Shown here: one piece after another, positions 57,589 to 64,000 of the stretch
Position numbering within the stretch: the first letter of the stretch is position 1
Layout: every line of letters begins with the position of its first letter
Origin: Polyangiaceae bacterium
GTDB lineage: Bacteria > Myxococcota_A > Polyangia > Polyangiales > Polyangiaceae
DNA length: 64,000 bases
Assembly: GCA_044376115.1 (NCBI GenBank)
Contig: JBILLK010000007.1
Location: 288,001 to 352,000, forward strand
Direction of reading: 5' to 3'
Position numbers and translations under genes: made by a program
Notes under the pieces: model-generated
Told to the model about the DNA's origin: nothing
Database searches by the model: none
The model's input: the letters and a program-made list of their open reading frames with translations, nothing else

Positions 57589-59172
57589 ATGACCACGCGA
57601 CGCGAGGTGCTGCTGTGCACCGCAGCTGGCCTGGTCGCAGCGTCGGGGGGCTTTGCGAACCCATCGGCGGCACGTATCGGAGCGGCCTCTGACTTCGGCC
57701 ATTTGCTGCGGGACCCAGCGCGCTTGGCAGCGTTGCCTCGGCGCAATGTCGGGCGCGCTGACGTGGTGGTGCTCGGTGGGGGCGTCAGCGGTTTATCGGC
57801 GGCCTGGCGTCTGTCGCAGAGCTCGCTCGATGTCCGGCTGTTGGATCTCGAGGGCTCGCTCGGTGGCACGAGCACGTTTAGCGAAGACGGTGTTGTGCCG
57901 CATCCGTGGGGGGCGCACTACCTACCGGTTCCCAACCCCGAAGCGCGCGCAACCTTGCGGCTGCTTTCGGAGATGGGCGTGATCACCGGCTTCGATGCGC
58001 TCGGCCAACCGAAGCTCGACTCGCGCAGGTTGGTGCACGCGCCCGATGAGCGCATCTTCTACAAAGGCGCTTGGCACCCTGGGCTGATTCCGTTCGATGC
58101 TCTCACCGGTCAGGAGCTCCGCGAGCTCGATACGTTCTTGCGTTTGGCGCAAGTTGCAACCGCAGAGCGCGGCAAGGACGGGAGGCCGATCTACAACATC
58201 CCGCTGAGCCTCTCCTCGGCGGACTCAGCGTCGCTCGAGTTGGACGCTTGGTCGATGGCCGACTGGCTCTCCGCCCAAGGTCTCAACTCACCGTTCTTGC
58301 GCTGGTTCGTGCGCTACGCAACGCTCGACGACTTCGGCGCAGATCCCGAAGAGACCTCGGCTTGGGCTGGCCTTCACTACTTTGCTGCGCGCAAACACCG
58401 CAGTGAGGAGACGGCCGGGAGTCACTATCTGGTGTGGCCCGAGGGCAATGGTGCTTTGGTCAAGGCGCTGCAGGCGAGGCTATCGGCGCGCGTTGAAACG
58501 AGCTGTCTCGGCGTTTCGGTTCGCTCGAGCAAGGACGGTGTGACTGTTGGTTATCTCAAGCCTGGCGCGCAGGAAGTGTTTGAGGTCTCGGCGCGAGGAG
58601 TCGTCCTTGCCGTACCATCCTTCATCGCGCAGCGGTTGATCGATGCGTCGTTGCCTGCGCGCGTAAGCTCGCCGTGGTTGGTGGCGAACCTTCACGTTCG
58701 GCGTCCGCTCGCGCAGAGTGAAGCGTGGGATTCGGTGATCCACGGTGCCAGTGGCCTTGGCTACGTGGATGCATCGCACCAACTGACTGCGCCAACGGAG
58801 CGAACGGTGCTTACGTATTTTCGCGCGTACGGTGAAGCGGACGTCGCCCGGGTTCGCGCCGAGCTTTTAGCTGCTGGAAGCTATGACTTGGCCACCTCGG
58901 TGCTGGAGGATCTGCGCATTGCGCAGCCTCAAATCGGAAGCGATCTCGAGCGCATCGAACTCGTGGTTTGGGGCCATGCGATGCCGCGCCCGTCACCGGG
59001 CTTTCTCGCTTCGGCGTTGCGGCCACAGGTGCTGCTAGGCGAGCGAGTGACATGGGGCCACGTCGATCAAGCTGCGATGGGCCTGTTTGAAGAGGCGCAG
59101 TTTGCCGGCGTGCGCGCCGCGGAGGCGCTTGCGCGCGCGTTGCAGGTTGAGCTCGGCGAGAGCTGGCTGTAA
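57589..59172 (+). CDS. FAD-dependent oxidoreductase (amine-oxidase-like) with a Tat-like signal
   Basis: TRREVL, LGGGVSGLSAA, GAHYLPVP, WAGLHYF, WGHAM and FEEA. Confidence 0.85.
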   Translation: MTTRREVLLCTAAGLVAASGGFANPSAARIGAASDFGHLLRDPARLAALPRRNVGRADVVVLGGGVSGLSAAWRLSQSSLDVRLLDLEGSLGGTSTFSEDGVVPHPWGAHYLPVPNPEARATLRLLSEMGVITGFDALGQPKLDSRRLVHAPDERIFYKGAWHPGLIPFDALTGQELRELDTFLRLAQVATAERGKDGRPIYNIPLSLSSADSASLELDAWSMADWLSAQGLNSPFLRWFVRYATLDDFGADPEETSAWAGLHYFAARKHRSEETAGSHYLVWPEGNGALVKALQARLSARVETSCLGVSVRSSKDGVTVGYLKPGAQEVFEVSARGVVLAVPSFIAQRLIDASLPARVSSPWLVANLHVRRPLAQSEAWDSVIHGASGLGYVDASHQLTAPTERTVLTYFRAYGEADVARVRAELLAAGSYDLATSVLEDLRIAQPQIGSDLERIELVVWGHAMPRPSPGFLASALRPQVLLGERVTWGHVDQAAMGLFEEAQFAGVRAAEALARALQVELGESWL

Positions 59173-59290
59173 CTCCCGAGTACGTCGCTCAGGGTTGCGC
59201 GTTAGCTTGAGAAGCGGTCTCCGTTTGAGACGGTTGAATCACGCAGCAGCCGCATGACAGACGCATGATCCATCGACGTGGACGAGTCAT

Positions 59291-59391
59291 GCACTCCGTA
59301 GACCTCCGGAGACTCCGTTCGTTCACTCCGGTTCACTCTGTGCAAGGCACTCCGTAAACCTACCTGGACAAAGTCTACAACGTGGACTCTG
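59291..59391. repeat. Cluster of (C/G)ACTC(C/T)G direct repeats in the 558-bp region upstream of cheR
   Basis: GCACTCCGTAGACCT (59291) and GCACTCCGTAAACCT (59347). GTTCACTCCG-GTTCACTCTG tandem at 59321-59340. GACTCCG at 59311 and GACTCTG at 59385. Confidence 0.6.
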
Positions 59392-59685
59392 TCCAGCCTG
59401 GCTATGAACAGATCGACTCGGGCCCTCCTCGTGAAAGACGACCGAAGCCCGCCTTGGCCCTTGAACATGGCGAGTCATCGACCACGTGCCGCACTCGACT
59501 AGCCATCGCTGGCTTCGGTTGCAGCGCCTGCATCGAAGTTCGCTGCAAACTCGAGTCGCGTTGCCCAAGGTTCGTCTCGCGATGAGATACGTGATGCGCT
59601 CCGTTCTTTGAACTGGGCCGCAGCGGCCCGAACGGCGCAGGGCATTGAGACCACTGCTGAAAGTGGAGTGAGTCTGCGGCGCGGT

Positions 59686-59701
59686 TGGCGGCAGCACTGC
59701 A
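59686..59701 (+). promoter_or_regulatory. Candidate sigma-54 -24/-12 promoter for the che operon
   Basis: TGGCGGCAGCACTGCA has exact GG-N10-GC spacing and lies about 30 bp upstream of the likely cheR ATG. Confidence 0.35.
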
Positions 59702-59730
59702 TGGTACGCCGTCTGCAAGTAAGCGCATCA

Positions 59731-60591
59731 ATGCCGTCAGCTACAACGTTTGCGACACTCAAGCTGTTCATGTTCGAGAAGGCGGCGAACGTGCTCAAGG
59801 AAGACCAGGTCTATCTGCTACCCGCGCGGCTCGATCCGCTGATGAAGCAGTACGGGTACGACTCGATGGAGCGCATGGTGGCCGACGCTTACCACGGCAA
59901 AAACTTGGCGCTCGGCCGCGCGATCGTTGACGCCATGACGACGCATGAGACCCAGTTCTTCCGCGATGCGAAGTTCTGGACGGAGCTGTCGCAAAACATC
60001 TTGCCCACCGCGATCGGTAAGTTCTCGGGCAAACGAGGGCTTCGCATCTGGTCCGCTGGATGCTCCACGGGGCAAGAGGCGTACTCGCTCTCGATGTTGC
60101 TGGAGGAGCGCTTCCCGCAAGTCGCCGCCAAGACGCAGATCTACGCGAGCGACGTGTCCGAGGCTGCTGTGGCGACGGCTCGCCAAGGGCTCTATTCGAT
60201 GCATGAGGCGGCGCGCGGGATCGATACCTCGCGCATGGCGCGTCACTTTGATCGAGTAAGCACTGGGGTGCGGGTCAAGGATTCGATCCGCTCCCGCCTT
60301 CGCTTCTCGGTGCACAACCTCAAGGAGCCGAGCCCGTTCTCCGACATGGATCTCGTGCTCTGTCGCAACGTGCTCATCTATTTCAACGAGATCGATCGTC
60401 GCAAGATCGTGGAACGTTTGACGCAGGCCGCGTGTCCCGAAGGCCTGCTCGTGCTGGGTAGCACCGAGTCTCTACCTGGAACGATCAAACCGATTTTCCC
60501 GGGCTGTTATGAACGACGCACGCTGCAGAGCTCAGCGAAGTCGGGCGTCGGAGCCGTTGAGTTACGAGCAACAAGCAGAAAGGCCGTATGA
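59731..60591 (+). CDS. cheR: Chemotaxis protein methyltransferase
   Basis: TTHETQFFRD, RIWSAGCSTGQEAYS, ASDVS and CRNVLIYF. Confidence 0.95.
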   Translation: MPSATTFATLKLFMFEKAANVLKEDQVYLLPARLDPLMKQYGYDSMERMVADAYHGKNLALGRAIVDAMTTHETQFFRDAKFWTELSQNILPTAIGKFSGKRGLRIWSAGCSTGQEAYSLSMLLEERFPQVAAKTQIYASDVSEAAVATARQGLYSMHEAARGIDTSRMARHFDRVSTGVRVKDSIRSRLRFSVHNLKEPSPFSDMDLVLCRNVLIYFNEIDRRKIVERLTQAACPEGLLVLGSTESLPGTIKPIFPGCYERRTLQSSAKSGVGAVELRATSRKAV

Positions 60592-62996
60592 ACGACGAAC
60601 TGGCAGAACTGCGCGGCGAGTTCCTCCTCGAGAGCGCGGAAAACCTCGACAAGGCTGAGCAGTCGCTTCTGGCGCTCGAGCGTGATGCCACCGATAAGTC
60701 ACACATCGGGACGATCTTTCGGGCGATCCATACCATCAAGGGCACCTGTGGCTTCTTGGGTCTGGGCTCGCTCGAGCGGCTGACTCACATCGGTGAGAGC
60801 TTGCTTTCGGAGTTGCGCGACGGCAAAGCCAGCTACACGCCGCCGGTGCCTGATGTGCTGCTCGGCTTGATCGATCGGGTGCGCAAGATCTTGGCGCAGG
60901 TCGAGGCCACCACCTCGGACGAGGGCATCGACAACCAAGACATGCTGGCTCGGATCGCCGACGCCCTTCTCATTGCGAAGGGTCAGTTGGTAGTGCCGCA
61001 GGCGGCTGATGCACAGCAACCCGCCTCAGATGCTGACGGCGATAAGCCCGCTCGCAAAGGCAAGGGCAAGGGGCGAACGAAGGCAAAGCCCAAGGTCGAA
61101 CTGCCGGCGCCGTCGCGTCGTCCGACCGATGTCGGGCTAGCCAAGCCCTTGTTCTCGATGCCACCCATCGCTATCGGCGCACCCGCCCTCCCGCAGTTCG
61201 TGGAGCCGGCTGTTACGCCCGGCCCCGCTGCTGCTCCCCCGCCTGGTCCGGCTCCCGCCCCCGCCGCTGCGAAGGCTTCACCGGAGGAGCGCACCACTGG
61301 GGCTGAGCGCAAGACCATTCGAGTCGACGTGGAGCTGCTCGATCAGCTGATGACGCTGGTCGGAGAGCTGGTGCTCGCGCGCAACCGGCTACTCGAGCTG
61401 ATCTCCAATGAACGGCGCACCACCCTCGCGGGTACCTCGCAGCGCATCGACCACATCGTCACGCAGCTGCAGCAGAACGTGACCCGTACGCGGATGCAGC
61501 CGATCAATCAGCTCTGGAATCGAGTCCCGCGCGCCGCACGAGACGTCGCCCAGCAATGTCAAAAGAAGGTTCGCGTCGAGCTGCTGGGCGGCGACACCGA
61601 ACTCGACAAGACGGTGATCGAGGCGATCAGCGAGCCTCTCTCCCACCTCATTCGCAACTGCATCGATCATGGCGTGGAAAAGCCCGAACGACGTATCGAG
61701 GTGGGTAAGCCTGCCGAAGGCGTGCTGTGTCTACGCGCCTTCCACGACAACGGTCAGGTGATGCTCGAGATCAGCGACGACGGTGGAGGCATCGACGCCA
61801 ATCGTTTGCGCACCAAGGCGCTCGAGAAGGGCATGTTCCCCAAAGACGTGCTCGATGAGATGAGTGATCGCGATGCGGTGAACCTGATCTTTGCTCCCGG
61901 GTTCTCCACCGCCGAGGCTGTCAGCAATATCTCCGGTCGCGGCGTCGGAATGGACGTCGTGCGTTCCAACATCGACCGCCTAGGCGGGGCCATCGATGTG
62001 GTCACGCAACTTGGCTTGGGCACCACCTTTCGCATTCGCATACCGCTGACACTGGCGATCGCACCAGCCATCATCGTGGCCTCGGGCAACCAGCGTTTTG
62101 CCATCCCGCAGATGGGCGTGCAGGAGATCATCCGCGTGGGGCGCGATAAGGAGGGCAAGCTTCTCGGTGTCGAGGAGTTGCAAGGCGCGGCGGTCCTACG
62201 TCGTCGCGGCGCGCTGTTGCCATTGGTTTGGCTGGACACTGAACTGGCGCTCGAGGGCACCAAAGACCGTCACGTCGTGCACGTGGTCACCCTCCGGGTC
62301 GAGAACACCGACTGGGGCATCGTGGTGGATGAGATCACCAACTCAGAGGAGATCGTGGTCAAGCCCCTTGGGCCGCTCTTGGCGGGGCTCTCGATCTTCT
62401 CGGGTACGACCATTCTCGGGGACGGCGACGTAGCGCTCATTCTCGATGCGGTCAGTCTCGCCATGCGGGCCGGCATTGGCAGAACGGCGACCGCCGTACG
62501 CGAGGCCAAGTCCGTTGAACTCGGAGCCTCCTGGTCCAATAGCAATAGCTTCGTGTTGGCTGCGACGTGGGAGGGCGCGCGCATCGCCGTGCCCTTCGAG
62601 CAAGTCGACCGACTCGAAAAGATTCCATCGCAGGCCATCGAACGCACGGCCCAAGGCATGGTGCTGCAGTACCGCGGCGCGGTGCTGCCCGTCTCGCTGC
62701 TCGGGGCGAGTGGCATTCACGAGCTACCCGACCTCGGCGAGGAGACCAAGCGCATCCCGCTGATCGTCTACGGCAAGGGCTCGCGACAGATCGGTCTGGT
62801 GATCGAAGAGATCGTCGATGTGGTGAACGTCGAGTTTGCGGAGGGTCGTGGCCAATCCGTGGTGGACGGTCGCGTGACCGACATCGTGGATCTCGACGCG
62901 ATCGTAAGACGAGCCGGGCTCTTGCCCGATGCACCTGAACCCAACCGTGGAGAAGCCCAGTGGAACGTCGACAACGCTATTGCACCTTCTATGTAG
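60588..62996 (+). CDS. cheA: Chemotaxis histidine kinase CheA with two C-terminal CheW-like domains
   Basis: Hpt FRAIHTIKG, IRVDVELLDQLM, RNCIDHG, DDGGG, SGRGVGMDVV and two CheW-like modules. Confidence 0.95.
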   Translation: MNDELAELRGEFLLESAENLDKAEQSLLALERDATDKSHIGTIFRAIHTIKGTCGFLGLGSLERLTHIGESLLSELRDGKASYTPPVPDVLLGLIDRVRKILAQVEATTSDEGIDNQDMLARIADALLIAKGQLVVPQAADAQQPASDADGDKPARKGKGKGRTKAKPKVELPAPSRRPTDVGLAKPLFSMPPIAIGAPALPQFVEPAVTPGPAAAPPPGPAPAPAAAKASPEERTTGAERKTIRVDVELLDQLMTLVGELVLARNRLLELISNERRTTLAGTSQRIDHIVTQLQQNVTRTRMQPINQLWNRVPRAARDVAQQCQKKVRVELLGGDTELDKTVIEAISEPLSHLIRNCIDHGVEKPERRIEVGKPAEGVLCLRAFHDNGQVMLEISDDGGGIDANRLRTKALEKGMFPKDVLDEMSDRDAVNLIFAPGFSTAEAVSNISGRGVGMDVVRSNIDRLGGAIDVVTQLGLGTTFRIRIPLTLAIAPAIIVASGNQRFAIPQMGVQEIIRVGRDKEGKLLGVEELQGAAVLRRRGALLPLVWLDTELALEGTKDRHVVHVVTLRVENTDWGIVVDEITNSEEIVVKPLGPLLAGLSIFSGTTILGDGDVALILDAVSLAMRAGIGRTATAVREAKSVELGASWSNSNSFVLAATWEGARIAVPFEQVDRLEKIPSQAIERTAQGMVLQYRGAVLPVSLLGASGIHELPDLGEETKRIPLIVYGKGSRQIGLVIEEIVDVVNVEFAEGRGQSVVDGRVTDIVDLDAIVRRAGLLPDAPEPNRGEAQWNVDNAIAPSM

Positions 62997-63427
62997 CCGG
63001 TGAGCTGTTCGGGCTTCCGGTGGCGCGGGTACAGGAGCTACTCCGCGCCCAAAAGACGACGATCGTTCCGCTCGCTCCAGGCTGGATACACGGCCTGCTC
63101 AACCTGCGCGGTCAGGTGGTTGCCGTAATCGATCTGCGCAATCGCTTCGGCTTGCCTCCCCTGACTGGCGGTGGCGTCGCGATGTTTGTGGTGGTTCACG
63201 TCAAAGGTGAGCTGGTGGCGCTTTTGGCGGACAACGTCGGTGACGTTATCGATGTCAATGACACTGCCTTTGAGCCGCTGCCCTGCACGTTGCGGGCGAA
63301 CCGCACGCTGTTCGAGCGCAGCTGCAAACTCGAATCGCGACTCATGACCATCCTGAACCTCGAGCAGATCGCCGTGTCTTCCGAGCTGCCAGGCGGAGAC
63401 AGCGCCTTCCAGATGGGGGCCGAGTGA
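62960..63427 (+). CDS. cheW: Chemotaxis coupling protein CheW
   Basis: YCTFYV..ELFG, VPLAP and GLLNLRGQVVAVIDL. Confidence 0.93.
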   Translation: MERRQRYCTFYVAGELFGLPVARVQELLRAQKTTIVPLAPGWIHGLLNLRGQVVAVIDLRNRFGLPPLTGGGVAMFVVVHVKGELVALLADNVGDVIDVNDTAFEPLPCTLRANRTLFERSCKLESRLMTILNLEQIAVSSELPGGDSAFQMGAE

Positions 63428-64000
63428 TCGCAGCTCCTGCCGCTAAGTCGATGCGACCCATCGACATAATCTTCGTCGATGACTCGGTCGCGGTACGTCG
63501 GTTCCTGCAGGCGACGATCAGCCAAGACAAGGAATTTCGGATCGTCTGCACCTTCACCAACGGCAAACAGATCGTTGACTACCTCCGCACCAACGCTGCG
63601 CCCGACGTGCTCGTGCTCGACGTCGAGATGCCCGAACTCGACGGTCGAGGGGCTGTCTCCGCAATCCGCGAGTTGGGCTGCAAGGTCCCGATCATCATGT
63701 TCTCCACGCTGACCAAACGCGGGCGGGCAACCACGCTCGAGTGCATCGGCTCCGGTGCAAACGACTATGTGGCCAAGCCTTCGACTGGAGATGGCAATAC
63801 CAAGTGGAGTGACATGGGGGCGGACCTGCTGAAGAAGCTGCGCAGCTACGGGCGTGCGCAGCAGCAGCGCAACGGCGCAACGGCGCCGCGCTCGCGCGCT
63901 CCTGCCGAGGCTCGAACGATGATGCCAGCGGGTCGTGGAGATGGCCGTTCCGGCATTCCTTCCTCGGGGCGCGGTCCGACGCCGGTGGCGGGAATCGCGC
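63424..64000 (+). CDS. cheB: CheB-type response regulator (receiver domain and linker); 3'-truncated by the window edge and absent from the ORF track
   Basis: Hand translation: MRPIDIIFVDDSVAVRR...VLVLDVEMPELDG...PIIMFSTLTKRG..TLE...GANDYVAKP. GTGA overlap with the cheW stop; alternative ATG at 63451. Confidence 0.85.
   Translation, partial: MIAAPAAKSMRPIDIIFVDDSVAVRRFLQATISQDKEFRIVCTFTNGKQIVDYLRTNAAPDVLVLDVEMPELDGRGAVSAIRELGCKVPIIMFSTLTKRGRATTLECIGSGANDYVAKPSTGDGNTKWSDMGADLLKKLRSYGRAQQQRNGATAPRSRAPAEARTMMPAGRGDGRSGIPSSGRGPTPVAGIA

Noticed and set aside
59291..59391. Repeat cluster considered as a CRISPR array or c-di-GMP riboswitch
   Set aside because: The repeats are too short and irregularly spaced, and I could not match the GEMM consensus.

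Overview
A GC-rich, densely coding 64-kb bacterial chromosome segment. Gene content suggests a myxobacterium (Myxococcota, probably Polyangiaceae/Sorangiineae-like): many Cys-rich lipoproteins, Hanks-type Ser/Thr kinases, an FHA protein, VWA proteins and FGE/SUMF1-domain proteins. This taxonomy is inferred from gene content, not from a search. Housekeeping blocks are yceD(DUF177)-rpmF-fabH-[lipoprotein]-fabD-fabG-acpP-fabF-nrdR-ribD, def, a cold-shock protein, pdhABC and pgi. There is also a small glycan-modification cluster (GT2, methyltransferase, AsnB-like amidotransferase, epimerase, membrane protein), a VKOR-DsbA fusion operon, and the start of a cheR-cheA-cheW-cheB cluster cut by the window end. 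I found no rRNA, tRNA, CRISPR array or mobile element. The most striking region is a minus-strand operon (43372-33005) whose first four genes are joined by ATGA overlaps. It encodes (1) an intact membrane-anchored Ser/Thr kinase; (2) a pseudokinase fused through a membrane helix to a five-heme cytochrome c; (3) a protein with two cNMP-binding domains, a 4x[4Fe-4S] domain and a membrane domain with two H-x13-H motifs (di-heme b type); (4) a four-heme cytochrome c fused to 2x[4Fe-4S] and a TrxR/FNR-like FAD/NAD(P)H domain; (5) a VWA protein. Together these look like a cyclic-nucleotide- and phosphorylation-gated transmembrane electron-transfer or redox-signalling system; that function is an inference. 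All calls come from motif recognition by eye, and some start codons were re-chosen by hand.
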